Assembly: GCA_963831715.1 (NCBI GenBank)
Contig: CAWHRB010000002.1
Span: 225,338 to 289,337, forward strand
DNA length: 64,000 bases
Reading direction: 5' to 3'
Source of the DNA: an uncultured Chloroflexia bacterium
Lineage (GTDB): Bacteria; Chloroflexota; Limnocylindria; Limnocylindrales; CSP1-4
The position numbers were made by a program, and so were the translations under genes. Under the pieces are notes generated by a model that saw only the letters and a program-made list of their open reading frames with translations, did no database searches and had not been told where the DNA came from. Within the stretch, counting starts at the first letter, position 1, and each line of letters begins with the position of its first letter. Of this stretch, positions 54,572 through 64,000 are shown one piece after another.

Positions 54572-55636
54572 ATGACCAACGAGCTCGGCACCAGCGTCGT
54601 TGGCTCGCACGCGCGACCGTCGTGGTTCGTCGCCGGCATCGACGCCGCGGAGCGAGGCGAGTTCGGCCCGGCGGATCTCGCCGAGATGCTCGACGACGCG
54701 GTCGACCTGGCGTTGCGCGACCAGGAAGAGGCCGGCATCGACGTCGTGACCGACGGCGAGATGCGCCGGGCCGGGTTCTTCACCGCGGAGTTCTACAAGC
54801 ACGTGACGGGCGTCCGGGCACTGCCCGCGGACCGCCGGCTGGGCGCGGGCGGGCACGACCAGCAGCATCGCTTCGAGGTGCTCGAGCCCATCAGCGCGCC
54901 GGATGGTCTGGGCGTCGTCGCCGAGTTCCGTTATGCGGCCGAGCGGGCGCGCCGTCCGCTCAAGGTGACGCTTCCCGGTCCGTACACGTTGTCCGGCCGG
55001 CTGCGAACGGGTCCCGACGAGGTCTATGCGACCCGGGATGCCGCGGCCGAGGCGTTCGTGCCGATCCTGAGCGCGGAACTGGAGGGGCTGGCCGACGCGG
55101 GCGCCACCCATATCCAGATCGACGACCCGTCGCCGGCCATCCATCCCGACGCGCCATCGGACTTCGCCGCCTTGTTCAACGCGGCCATCGAACCGATCGT
55201 CGGGCGGGTCCGGCTGGGAGCGCACCTGTGCTTCGGCAACTACCTTGGCCGCCCCCTCGCGCGGCGCACGTACCGGCCGGTCCTGGATTCGATGCTGGGG
55301 TTCCGCGTCGACGAGCTCGTCCTCGAGTTCGCCAATCGCGAGATGGCCGAGGTCGACCTGCTCGGCGAGATCACGGCTGCCGGCCGCGATGTCGCGGCGG
55401 GCGTCGTCGACGTCAAGAACTACCACCTCGAAACGGCGGACGAGGTGGCCGAGCGCATCGACGCGGTCCTGGCCGCCGGCGTCCCGGCCGAGCGGCTGAC
55501 GCTCGTCCCGGATTGCGGCTTCAGCCAGACGGCTCGGTGGGCGACGCTCGCCAAGCTGCGGGCCCTCGTCGCCGGGCGAGATCTCGTCGCGGGCCGCGCC
55601 GCCGGACGTGCCCCCGTCCCCGACCGGGCCATCTGA
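54572..55636 (+). CDS. Cobalamin-independent methionine synthase (MetE C-terminal-like / UROD-fold) family protein.
   Basis: GGAGGGAG SD. VVGSHARPSWF, IDVVTDGEMRR and LVPDCGF. Confidence 0.78.
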   Translation: MTNELGTSVVGSHARPSWFVAGIDAAERGEFGPADLAEMLDDAVDLALRDQEEAGIDVVTDGEMRRAGFFTAEFYKHVTGVRALPADRRLGAGGHDQQHRFEVLEPISAPDGLGVVAEFRYAAERARRPLKVTLPGPYTLSGRLRTGPDEVYATRDAAAEAFVPILSAELEGLADAGATHIQIDDPSPAIHPDAPSDFAALFNAAIEPIVGRVRLGAHLCFGNYLGRPLARRTYRPVLDSMLGFRVDELVLEFANREMAEVDLLGEITAAGRDVAAGVVDVKNYHLETADEVAERIDAVLAAGVPAERLTLVPDCGFSQTARWATLAKLRALVAGRDLVAGRAAGRAPVPDRAI

Positions 55637-55651
55637 ACGGAGGAGGATCAC

Positions 55652-56851
55652 GTGGAGAGCCACCGCATCACGATGCTCGGGACCGGGCTGATCGGCGACT
55701 TCTACACGGCGACCTTGCACGGCCAGCGTGGCCGGGACCGGGTGCAGGTCGTGTACTCGCGAAGCCCGGAGCGCGGTGAGGCGTTCCGCGAGCGCTGGTC
55801 CATCCCTGAAGCGACGAACGACCTGCGCGTGGCGATCGAACACCCCGAGACCGACGTCGTCGTCGTCGGGGTCCCGAACTTCATGCATGAGGAGGCGATC
55901 TCGTTGGCGGCGGGTGCCGGCAAGGCCGTCCTGTGCACGAAGCCGCTTGGTCGGACAGCCGATGAGGCGAAGCGGATGCTGAAGGCGGTCGAGTCGGCCG
56001 GCGTGTTCGCGGGATACCTCGAGGACCTCGTCTACACCCCCAAGACGCTCAAGGCGATCGCGGCCGTCGAGGGCGGGGCGATCGGTGCGGTCACCTGGGT
56101 CCGCTCACGCGAGACGCATCCGGGGCCGCACTCGGCGTGGTTCTGGGACGGTCGGTTGACCGGTGGCGGCGCGATCATCGATCTCGGTTGCCACTGCATC
56201 GAGATCATCCGCAACTTCGTCGGCAAGGGGAACCGCCCCGTGGACGTGATGTGCCACACGGACACGCTCGTCCACCCGATCAGCGACGAGGACAACGCCA
56301 TCGCCCTGATCCGCTTCGAGTCGGGCGCGATCGGCCAGTTCGAGGTCAGTTGGACGTTCCGTGGCGGGATGGACCTGCGCGACGAGGTGGCCGGCACGCA
56401 CGGCACCATCTGGCTCAACCATTTCCTGCGGACCGGGTTCGAGATGTTCACCGCCGGCGGTGGTGGCGGGTACGTTGCCGAGAAGGCCGAGACGGCCGCG
56501 GGTTGGCTGTTCCCGGTCGGCGACGAGGCGTCCGAGCTGGGCTATGTCGACATGTTCAGCGACATGTTCCGGGCCCTGGAGGCCGGCGACCAGCCGCGCG
56601 AGACGTTCTACGACGGCTATGTCGTGAATGCCGTCATGGATGCGTGCTACCGATCGGGGAAGAGCGGCGCCTGGGAGCCGGTCGACCTGGAGTGGCGTGG
56701 TGGATCGACGCCGCGGATCGCGTCGTCACGTGAGACGTTCGAGGGCCAGACGGTCATCAAGCGCGAGATCCTCCCTGACGGCCGGCACAAGCTGATCCTC
56801 AAGGACGAGGCCTCGGGCGATTTCATCGACCGGATCGTCGCGGGCGATTAG
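55652..56851 (+). CDS. Gfo/Idh/MocA-family NAD(P)-dependent oxidoreductase.
   Basis: GGAGGAGG SD with [17 protein letters not shown] (Rossmann fold) and a C-terminal Gfo/Idh/MocA domain. Confidence 0.88.
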   Translation: MESHRITMLGTGLIGDFYTATLHGQRGRDRVQVVYSRSPERGEAFRERWSIPEATNDLRVAIEHPETDVVVVGVPNFMHEEAISLAAGAGKAVLCTKPLGRTADEAKRMLKAVESAGVFAGYLEDLVYTPKTLKAIAAVEGGAIGAVTWVRSRETHPGPHSAWFWDGRLTGGGAIIDLGCHCIEIIRNFVGKGNRPVDVMCHTDTLVHPISDEDNAIALIRFESGAIGQFEVSWTFRGGMDLRDEVAGTHGTIWLNHFLRTGFEMFTAGGGGGYVAEKAETAAGWLFPVGDEASELGYVDMFSDMFRALEAGDQPRETFYDGYVVNAVMDACYRSGKSGAWEPVDLEWRGGSTPRIASSRETFEGQTVIKREILPDGRHKLILKDEASGDFIDRIVAGD

Positions 56852-57175
56852 GTCCCGTCGTGGCGCCACTACCAAACCGTCACGCTTTTCGGCCGGCCCA
56901 GCCCGTTGCCCATGACATTTCCGGCGGGAGCGAAATCCACGGCGCACCGCCCGCCGCAAGGCGCGATCGCGGGCCCGTGATCGGTCGGTCCACGCTTGGC
57001 TCCGCACGAGCGGCACCCCGATAGCCAGCGCCGACCCCCGTTACGGTCGGCGTAGCCCTGGAATCTTCGGCCGGAGCAGAATGACCGGGCCGAAGCCGGG
57101 CAGCGCGCTTCCGGCAAGGCCGTTCCCCCAGAGGTGGTCGAAGCCGGGTCGCGCGTTGACCGCGGGCCGCGACCC

Positions 57176-58489
57176 TCAGCCCGCGCGGGCCAGGCCAGGC
57201 TCGGCCGCACCGGTGAGGTCGTCCGCTCCGGAGGGGTACCCGGCTTCGAGCCAGCGCCCGATCGACTCTCGCGAGAACAGCTGATCGACCACCATCGCGG
57301 ACGCGCCGATCACGCCGGCAAGCCCGCCCAGCGACGAGTGCGCGATCCGGAGGTCGCGCGTCGCCAGTGGCAGGGAACGCCGGTAGACCGTCTCGCGGAT
57401 CGCCGCGACGAACAGCTCGGGGCTGTTGGCCACGCCGCCGCCGATGACGATCAGCGACGGATTGAAGAAGTTGACGACACTCGCGAGCATCGAGCCGACC
57501 CGTCGGCCGGCCGATTGCAGCATCGCGACCGCGATCGGGTCACCGAACGAGGCGGCCCGGGCGACATCCTCGGCGGTCACGGTCCCGATCTGGTCGAGCG
57601 CGAGCGCCAGCCTGGAGCTCGTGCCGTCCTGGGCGACCGCCTCACCAGCGCGACCCAGAGCGGCACCACCGGCGTAGGCCTCGAGGCAGCCGACGTTGCC
57701 GCAGCGGCACACGACCGATGGGTCGTCCGAGACCTGGATGTGGCCGACGTCGCCGGCACTGCCCTGCGCCCCGCGATGGAGCCGCCCGTCCGAGATGATG
57801 CCTGCGCCGATGCCCGATCCGACCTTGATGACCACGACGTTGTCGTGCCCGGCGGCCACCCCAGAGCGCCACTCGCCCAACGCCAGGAGGTTGACGTCGT
57901 TGTCGACCCAGACCGGCGCGCCGTAGCGCGCGGCGAACCGCTCGCGGATCGGATAGCCGTCCCAGCCCGGCATGATCGGGGGCGAGATGGGTCGACCGGA
58001 TCCGAACTCGACCGGGCCCGGCACGCCGATGCCGACGCCCCACAAGCGACCGGGCACGTCCTTGGCCGTCGCCAGCAACAATCCGAACAGCGCGTCGACC
58101 CGCTCGAGGCAGGCTTCGGGCCCGTCCTCGATGCGCGCCGGCTCGTCGTGATGTCCGAGGATCCGGCCATCGAGCGTGGTCAGCGCCACATCGATGCTGG
58201 TCGCCCCGAGGTCCGCGACGAGGAGGTGACCGGCCGTGGCCCGGAACGCGAGTTGTCGTGGCGGGCGACCGCCCGTGCTCGGTCCGACCGGGCCTTCGGC
58301 GACCAGACCTCGTTCGATCAGCTCGCCGACTCGACGTCCGACGATGGCGCGGCCGAGTCCGGTCCGCTGGACGAGCCCCGACCTCGAGCGCGACCGGCCT
58401 AGCCGGATCTCATCGAGGACCGTGACCAGGTCGTCCAGCACCTCGTCCGGCAGCGGGGTCGACGCACTCACGCTCGATTCCGTCTCCAC
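57176..58489 (-). CDS. ROK-family transcriptional regulator (N-terminal HTH plus sugar-kinase-like fold).
   Basis: GTG at 58489. DELGRAIVGRRVGELIERGLV is the HTH. ROK motifs LVADLGATSIDVAL and VCRCGNVGCLEAYAGG. Confidence 0.88.
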   Translation of the reverse strand: METESSVSASTPLPDEVLDDLVTVLDEIRLGRSRSRSGLVQRTGLGRAIVGRRVGELIERGLVAEGPVGPSTGGRPPRQLAFRATAGHLLVADLGATSIDVALTTLDGRILGHHDEPARIEDGPEACLERVDALFGLLLATAKDVPGRLWGVGIGVPGPVEFGSGRPISPPIMPGWDGYPIRERFAARYGAPVWVDNDVNLLALGEWRSGVAAGHDNVVVIKVGSGIGAGIISDGRLHRGAQGSAGDVGHIQVSDDPSVVCRCGNVGCLEAYAGGAALGRAGEAVAQDGTSSRLALALDQIGTVTAEDVARAASFGDPIAVAMLQSAGRRVGSMLASVVNFFNPSLIVIGGGVANSPELFVAAIRETVYRRSLPLATRDLRIAHSSLGGLAGVIGASAMVVDQLFSRESIGRWLEAGYPSGADDLTGAAEPGLARAG

Positions 58490-58612
58490 GCCGCGATGAT
58501 AGGACCTCTGCACCCGGCAGCGCGACTTTTGCACTTGACAGACCAAAGTACGATCACGCCACACGACATGGTGAGATGTTGCATGGCCGCGCTGCGGCCA
58601 GCAGTCATCTAG

Positions 58613-58628
58613 ACTGTCTAGACAGTCG
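58613..58628. promoter_or_regulatory. Perfect 16-bp palindrome GACTGTCTAGACAGTC between the divergent ROK and Gfo/Idh/MocA genes; candidate ROK operator.
   Basis: The palindrome is exact. It is embedded in TCTAGAC-TG-TCTAGAC, with TTGACA at 58535. Confidence 0.5.
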
Positions 58629-58636
58629 TCCAAGTC

Positions 58637-59864
58637 TTGCGCCAGGCTGGAGGAGGCCCGACGCCCTTGGTCAACCGCGGATCGATCGGTGCCGCCGTCA
58701 TCGGGACGGGTTTCATCGGCACGGTCCACGTCGAAGCCTTACGACGGATCGGCGTCAGCGTGCGCGGCGTGCTCGGCAGTAGCCCGGAACGTGGGGCGGC
58801 GCGCGCCGACGCGATCGGCGTGGCCACGGCGTATCCCTCGCTTGACGACCTGCTGGCCGATGACGGTGTCCAGGTCGTCCACGTCACCTCGCCTAACGAC
58901 CTGCACGTCAGCCAGACCGATGCCACGCTCCGGGCCGGCAAGCACGTCGTGTGCGAGAAGCCGCTGGCGATGACTGCCGCGGATTCAGCGCGGCTGGTGG
59001 CACTCGCCGCCGAGACGCGGCCTCGTCAACGCGACCAACTTCAACATCCGCTTCTATCCCCTCAACCAGCAGGCGCGCGAGGTGGTCGCGGAGGCCGGTC
59101 TGGGCCAGGTCCGCCTGGTGACCGGCCGCTATTTCCAGGACTGGCTCCTCCTCGAAAGCGACTGGAACTGGCGACTGCAGCCGGACCGCGGCGGGGCGCT
59201 CCGGGCCGTCGGCGACATCGGGTCGCACTGGCTGGATCTCATGACCTACGTCACCGGACAGCATGTCGCGTCGGTGATGGCCGACCTGACCACCTTCATC
59301 GAGACGCGTCGGGAGCCGACCGGGCCGGTCGAGACCTTCTCGACCGATCGGTCCGTGGAGACGGTCGAGCGCGACATCGCGACCGAGGACGCGGCGACGA
59401 TCCTGCTCCGCTTCGACGGCGGCGCGCGTGGCGCCGTAAGCATCTCGCAGATCAGCCCGGGCCGAAAGAACTCGCTCGTTTACGAGATCGATGGTTCGGA
59501 TGGCGCCTGGGGCTGGGACAGCGAGCAGCCGGATCAGGCCTGGATCGGCCACCGCGATCGCGCGAACGAGATCCTCATCCGCAACCCGGCCCTCATGGGT
59601 CCAGCCGGCCAGGCGGCGTCCGCTCTGCCCGCAGGACATGTCGAGGGCTTCTTCGACACGCACTGCGCCCACTTCCGGGCGATCTACGACGACGTCCTCG
59701 CCGGGCGACCCTCCTCCTCGCCCGGCTATGCGACCTTCGCCGACGGGCACGACGAGATGCTCGTCGGCGAGGCCATCGCCCGCAGTTCTCGTGAGGGCCG
59801 GTGGGTCGACGTCGTTCGGTCGGACGCCCTGGCGGCCGCGACGCCGCAGGAGACGCACGCGTGA
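58637..59864 (+). pseudogene. Gfo/Idh/MocA-family oxidoreductase with a single-base frameshift near 59018.
   Basis: ORF 58637..59794 reads well up to AAETRP. ORF 59082..59864 continues the same protein, and its frame extended upstream gives GLVNATNFNIRFYPLNQQAREVVAEAGLGQV. The junction lies at gagacgcggcctcgtcaac. Confidence 0.75.
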
Positions 59865-60775
59865 AGCTCGGCTTCCTGACCGCACCCTTCGCCGACACGC
59901 CGCTCATGGATGTCGCCGACTGGGCAGCCAGCGCCGACTTCGAGGTCCTCGAGATCGCCTGCTGGCCGCGGGCCGAAGGCCCTGTCCGGCGCTACGCCGG
60001 CACCAGCCACATCGACGTCAAGAACCTGTCCGACGACCAGGCGACGGAGCTCGTCGACCAGATCGCGGCCAAGGGCCTATCGATCTCCGGTCTGGGCTAC
60101 TACCCGAACCCGCTCCATCCCGATCCGCAGCATCGCGAGGAGGTCACCGAGCATCTCAAGGCCGTCATGATCGCGGCCCGCAAGATGGGCATCCCGCTCG
60201 TCAACACGTTCATGGGCGGGGACGGCGCCAAGAACCTCGACGACAACTGGGAGGAAGCGCTTCGGGTCTGGCCGGACATCGTCGCCTTCGCCGACGACCA
60301 GGGCGTGAAGATCACCCTCGAGAACTGCCCGATGCTGTTCAGCGACGACGAGTGGCCGGGCGGGCACAACATCGCGACGACCCCGCGCCAGTGGCGTCGC
60401 ATCCTCGAGCAGTGGGGCGACACGATCGGTCTCAACTTCGACCCGTCGCACCTGATCCTGCAGATGATCGATATCCAGCGCTTCCTGAAGGAGTTCGGAT
60501 CGCACGTCCTGCACTACCAGGCCAAGGACCTGATGATCGACCGCGACGGCCTGTACGAGCGGGGCATCTTCTCGATGGGCATCGGCTGGCAGATCCCGCG
60601 CATACCGGGGCTCGGCGAGGTCGATTGGGGCGTCGTCCACGGCGAGCTGTACCGCCAGGGCTACGAGGGCGACTGCATCATCGAACACGAAGACCGGCGA
60701 TTCGAGGGTTCTGAGGCAAGGGTCAAACAAGGGTTCCTCATCGCTCGTGACGTCCTCCGCCCCTACTGCCATTGA
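59861..60775 (+). CDS. Sugar phosphate isomerase/epimerase (xylose-isomerase-like TIM barrel).
   Basis: The GTG overlaps the upstream stop (GTGA). VLEIACWPRAEG...ITLENCP...FDPSHL. Confidence 0.85.
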   Translation: MKLGFLTAPFADTPLMDVADWAASADFEVLEIACWPRAEGPVRRYAGTSHIDVKNLSDDQATELVDQIAAKGLSISGLGYYPNPLHPDPQHREEVTEHLKAVMIAARKMGIPLVNTFMGGDGAKNLDDNWEEALRVWPDIVAFADDQGVKITLENCPMLFSDDEWPGGHNIATTPRQWRRILEQWGDTIGLNFDPSHLILQMIDIQRFLKEFGSHVLHYQAKDLMIDRDGLYERGIFSMGIGWQIPRIPGLGEVDWGVVHGELYRQGYEGDCIIEHEDRRFEGSEARVKQGFLIARDVLRPYCH

Positions 60776-60811
60776 CGACATGAGGATGCGACGCCAAGGC
60801 AGTTCGAACAC

Positions 60812-61567
60812 GTGACGACCATCGACTTCGACACCCTCACCGAGCGCGACATCGCCAAGACGATCGATCATTCGCTGCTGCGGCCCGAACTCGATGATGC
60901 GTTCATCGAGGATGGTTGCCGGCTCGCCGCGGAGTACGACGTGGCATCGGTCTGTGTGCGACCGGTCGACGTCCCCCGCGCTTTCTCGCTTCTTGCCGAC
61001 ACCGACGTCGCCGTCGGCACGGTCATCGGTTTCCCCCACGGTGGCCAGCCGACGGCGACGAAGGTGTTCGAAGCGCATCGAGCCCTCGCCGAGGGCGCGA
61101 CGGAGCTGGATATGGTCATCCAGATCGGCGCGCTGAGGTCGGGCCGCGACGCCGATGTGCAGGCCGACATCGCGGCGGTCGTCGACGTCGCCCACCCATC
61201 CGGCGCGATCGTCAAGGTCATCTTCGAGAACGCCTATCTCACCGACGACGAGAAGGTCCGTGCCTGTCGCCTGTCCGAAGCGGCCGGCGCCGATTTCGTC
61301 AAGACGTCGACCGGCTTCGCGCCTGGTGGCGCCACCCACGACGACCTGCGGCTGATGCGGGCCAATACGTCACCACATATCGGGGTCAAGGCGGCGGGCG
61401 GCGTCCGGACCCTCGATGCGCTCCTCGAGGTGATGGCGCTCGGGACGACTCGCATCGGGGCGACCGCCACGAAGGCGATCATCGACGACTTCCGGGCACG
61501 CAAGGCCGGCCGAGCGCCCACAGCTGCCGCGAGCGGGGCGACCGCGGATGGGGCGGGGTCCTATTGA
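60812..61567 (+). CDS. deoC: Deoxyribose-phosphate aldolase.
   Basis: IDHSLLRPELDD, ASVCVRP, ELDMVIQIG and FVKTSTGF, where FVKTSTGF carries the Schiff-base lysine. Confidence 0.9.
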   Translation: MTTIDFDTLTERDIAKTIDHSLLRPELDDAFIEDGCRLAAEYDVASVCVRPVDVPRAFSLLADTDVAVGTVIGFPHGGQPTATKVFEAHRALAEGATELDMVIQIGALRSGRDADVQADIAAVVDVAHPSGAIVKVIFENAYLTDDEKVRACRLSEAAGADFVKTSTGFAPGGATHDDLRLMRANTSPHIGVKAAGGVRTLDALLEVMALGTTRIGATATKAIIDDFRARKAGRAPTAAASGATADGAGSY

Positions 61568-62361
61568 TGGGCGCCGCCACGAGCGCGCCGGTGTTGGCGT
61601 GGTTGGATGCCGCGGGCTCGGTCCTCGAGCGCCTCGCAGAGAGCCAGGCGGAGGAGATGGAGCTGGCGAGCCAGTGGTGCGCCGACGCGATCGGCTCGGG
61701 CGGGCTCGTGCACCTGTTCGGGACGGGCCATTCGCGCATCCCGGTCGAAGAGATGTTCCCGCGCTACGGGTCGTATCCGGGCTTCAACCCGATGATCGAG
61801 CTGTCGATGACCTTCCACACGCAGGTGGTCGGCGCGAACGGCCAGCGCCAGGCGATGGCGATCGAACGCACGCCCGGTTTGGCCGAGGTGATCCTGTCGA
61901 ACTTCCATTTCGGGCCGCGTGACGTGATGATCGTGTTCTCGGCGGGCGGCGAGACGGCCGTGCCGATCGAGATGGCGCGTGGCGCCCGCACTCGCGGGTT
62001 GCGCGTCATCGCGGTAACCTCCCTCGCGCAGTCGACGACGACGGATCCGGACTCCCCAGTCGGCGACCGCCTGGCAGACGAGGCCGACCTCGTCATCGAC
62101 CTGTGCACACCTCACGCCGACGCGTTGGTCGCCATCGACGGTGTCGACACCCCGGTCGGGCCGGGAACGACACTCGCGGCGGTCGCCGTCGCCAATAGCA
62201 TCAAGGTGCGGACCGCCCAGCTCCTCGCGGAGCGTGGGGCGTTACCGCCGACCATCACCCGGGCCTCGGTCGTCGGCGCCGAGCGCTCGCGGGCATTGTT
62301 CGATGCCGCATATCAGGAGCACGCGCGACGACTCGCTCGGGCCATCGCCGGGGAGGGGTGA
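61567..62361 (+). CDS. SIS-domain sugar isomerase-like protein.
   Basis: The ATG overlaps the deoC stop (TGATG). GGLVHLFGTGHSR...VMIVFSAGGET. Confidence 0.72.
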   Translation: MGAATSAPVLAWLDAAGSVLERLAESQAEEMELASQWCADAIGSGGLVHLFGTGHSRIPVEEMFPRYGSYPGFNPMIELSMTFHTQVVGANGQRQAMAIERTPGLAEVILSNFHFGPRDVMIVFSAGGETAVPIEMARGARTRGLRVIAVTSLAQSTTTDPDSPVGDRLADEADLVIDLCTPHADALVAIDGVDTPVGPGTTLAAVAVANSIKVRTAQLLAERGALPPTITRASVVGAERSRALFDAAYQEHARRLARAIAGEG

Positions 62362-62482
62362 TGGTGGGAGTGATCACGCGGAGGAGGTGGCGCCGATAGA
62401 TCGCACGAGAGGGACCCGACACCGGGTAGACAGGTTTCGACGACGCGACCAGATCGGCGCGTCGACAGGAGGAGAACAGCGA

Positions 62483-63643
62483 ATGACCATGACTTCCACC
62501 CCCAAGCGGCTGTTCGGGCTGGCAGCGATCGCGGTACTCGCGGTCGCGTGCTCGAGCCCGGGTGCTGCGACCACGGCACCGAGTGCGTCCGAGCCGGCCG
62601 CATCCGAGCCGGCCGCGTCCGAGTCTGCATCGGCGTCCGCCGCGCAGCAGTGGAAGATCGGCTACTCGAACGGCGGCGGCGTCGGCAACGGCTTCCGTGA
62701 GGAGCAGGTGTGCACCGCCAAGGCCGAGGCGCTGGCCTCCGGCCAGGTGTCCGAGCTGACGACCATCCACCGCAACACCGATGCGGCCGGCCAGCTCCAG
62801 GACATCCGTGACCTGATCGCGGCCGACGTCGACGCGATCGTGTTCAACCCGAACGACCCCGATGCGCTCACTCCCGCCCTGGAGGAGGCAAAGGCGGCTG
62901 GTATCAAGACGATCTCGGTCGACGCGTTCGTCAATCACGCCGACACCTACAACCTCTACAACAACCAGGTCGAGTACGCGAAGCTCGGCGCCAAGTGGCT
63001 CTTCGACAAGATCGGGGGCACGGGCAAGGTCTGGTACACGCGCGGGTTCGCCGGCCATCCGGCCGATACGGACCGCCACACCGGCTTCAACGAGGTCCTC
63101 GCGGACTATCCCGGCATCGAGCTGCTGCCGGGCCCCGAGGGCGTCCACACCGGCTGGGATCCCGCCACCGCGACGACCCTGGCCAACGAGTTCATGGCCA
63201 GCGGCCAGTGGGACGACATCGCCGGCGTCTGGACCTCGGGCATGGATTCGATGGTCGTTGACGCCGCCAAGGCCAACACCAAGGAATTCAAGCCGATCGT
63301 CGGGGCCGACCTCGGCGCCTTCGTCAGCCAGCTCCTCACCGAGGAGGGTCTCGAGGGCGCTGCCGTGACCAACACGGCCGCCGTCGGTGGCGCGGGCGTC
63401 AACCTGGCCGTGAAGCTGCTGAACGGTGAGACCGTCGAGACCGACTCGACGGCGCCGAAGCCGAACACGGTGCTGCTCAAGCCGGTCCTGGCCGAAAACA
63501 CGAGCGACGCCGGCAAGTCGATGCTCGAGTCGTGGCAGGTCGATGGGCTCGACCCGCTCTGGCCGCTCGGTCTCCAGATCGAGGGTTACACGACCTACAC
63601 CCCCGAGCAGGCCGTCGCCTGCAAGGGCCCGGGCGAGGCGTAA
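62483..63643 (+). CDS. ABC sugar transporter periplasmic-binding lipoprotein (PBP type I, ribose/xylose-binding-like).
   Basis: AGGAGGAG SD. Lipobox LAVACSS followed by WKIGYSNGGGVGNGFREEQ. A 13-bp hairpin follows at 63676..63709. Confidence 0.85.
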   Translation: MTMTSTPKRLFGLAAIAVLAVACSSPGAATTAPSASEPAASEPAASESASASAAQQWKIGYSNGGGVGNGFREEQVCTAKAEALASGQVSELTTIHRNTDAAGQLQDIRDLIAADVDAIVFNPNDPDALTPALEEAKAAGIKTISVDAFVNHADTYNLYNNQVEYAKLGAKWLFDKIGGTGKVWYTRGFAGHPADTDRHTGFNEVLADYPGIELLPGPEGVHTGWDPATATTLANEFMASGQWDDIAGVWTSGMDSMVVDAAKANTKEFKPIVGADLGAFVSQLLTEEGLEGAAVTNTAAVGGAGVNLAVKLLNGETVETDSTAPKPNTVLLKPVLAENTSDAGKSMLESWQVDGLDPLWPLGLQIEGYTTYTPEQAVACKGPGEA

Positions 63644-63716
63644 GCCTTCCCGTCAACCAGTCCTGACACCGGGAGGGCGTCGGCACCGCCGACGCCCTCC
63701 GGCTCCAAGAGGACCG

Positions 63717-64000
63717 ATGACCGTCGCGACCGATCTGCTCCTCGAAGCGACCGGGATCGCCAAGACCTATGGCGCCGTGGTCGCGCTGCGCGACGCGTCG
63801 CTCGCGGTGCGACCAGGCGAGGTGCATGCGCTCATGGGCGCCAACGGCGCCGGCAAGAGCACTCTCGTCAAGATCCTCACCGCCGCCATCCAGCCGGATA
63901 CCGGCACCATCACGATCCGCGGCAAGCCGTGGGTCGCCCGCTCTCCGGCCGAAGCCCGGCGCGGCGGCATCATCTCCGTCTACCAGGAGCCGGCGCTCAT
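63717..64000 (+). CDS. ABC sugar transporter ATP-binding protein (partial, 5' end only).
   Basis: GANGAGKSTLVKIL is the Walker A motif. It runs off the window end. Confidence 0.85.
   Translation, partial: MTVATDLLLEATGIAKTYGAVVALRDASLAVRPGEVHALMGANGAGKSTLVKILTAAIQPDTGTITIRGKPWVARSPAEARRGGIISVYQEPAL

Overview
This is a high-GC (~70%) Gram-positive-type chromosomal segment, most consistent with Actinomycetota by gene content and synteny, although the gene order differs from Mycobacterium. It is mostly core chromosome, with no transposase, integrase or CRISPR array. The six-frame ORF track is dominated by antisense high-GC artefacts, so the real genes were picked by protein family recognition, SD sequences and translational coupling.

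Housekeeping genes: pgk-gap at the left edge (tpiA is presumably beyond the window), leuS, rho, an obg-nadD-rsfS block next to a comEA-comEC-holA block, eda, and two stand-alone tRNA-Ala genes (anticodons CGC and GGC).

SOS mutagenesis module: imuA'-imuB plus a translationally coupled small ORF, and a separately located dnaE2. Both are preceded by Cheo-type LexA boxes (GAACA-N2-TGTTC) fused directly to TATnAT -10 elements.

Sugar loci: one is LacI / GH13 alpha-glucosidase / ABC transporter. The other is a ROK-controlled cluster with two Gfo/Idh/MocA dehydrogenases, a xylose-isomerase-like TIM-barrel protein, DeoC, a SIS protein, a binding protein and an ABC ATPase.

Other genes: a two-component pair, an EamA transporter, LtrA, a YgjP-type peptidase, an M14 carboxypeptidase, a LysM/M23 hydrolase, a very large LTD/OB-fold surface protein and a small fucose-lectin-like repeat protein.

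The most unusual observations are:
1. PGK runs in frame into a Lys/Ala/Pro-rich histone-H1/Hlp-like tail of at least 95 aa, which is why it is absent from the ORF track (no stop in the window).
2. dnaE2 carries a ~1 kb low-complexity insertion containing a perfect 9x36-bp VNTR encoding (GPATRPELMSAP)9, plus an apparent frameshift.
3. The 330-bp region upstream of obg holds three GGAACATG-N-CATGTTCC-type palindromes and a Cheo-like box.
4. The imuA'/response-regulator intergenic region holds three CTTGCATC-N-GATGCAAG palindromes.
5. An 82-aa ORF is translationally coupled to imuB.
6. A small hydrophobic peptide gene lies divergent from the dnaE2 LexA box.
7. A duplicated hairpin element brackets a secreted-protein gene.
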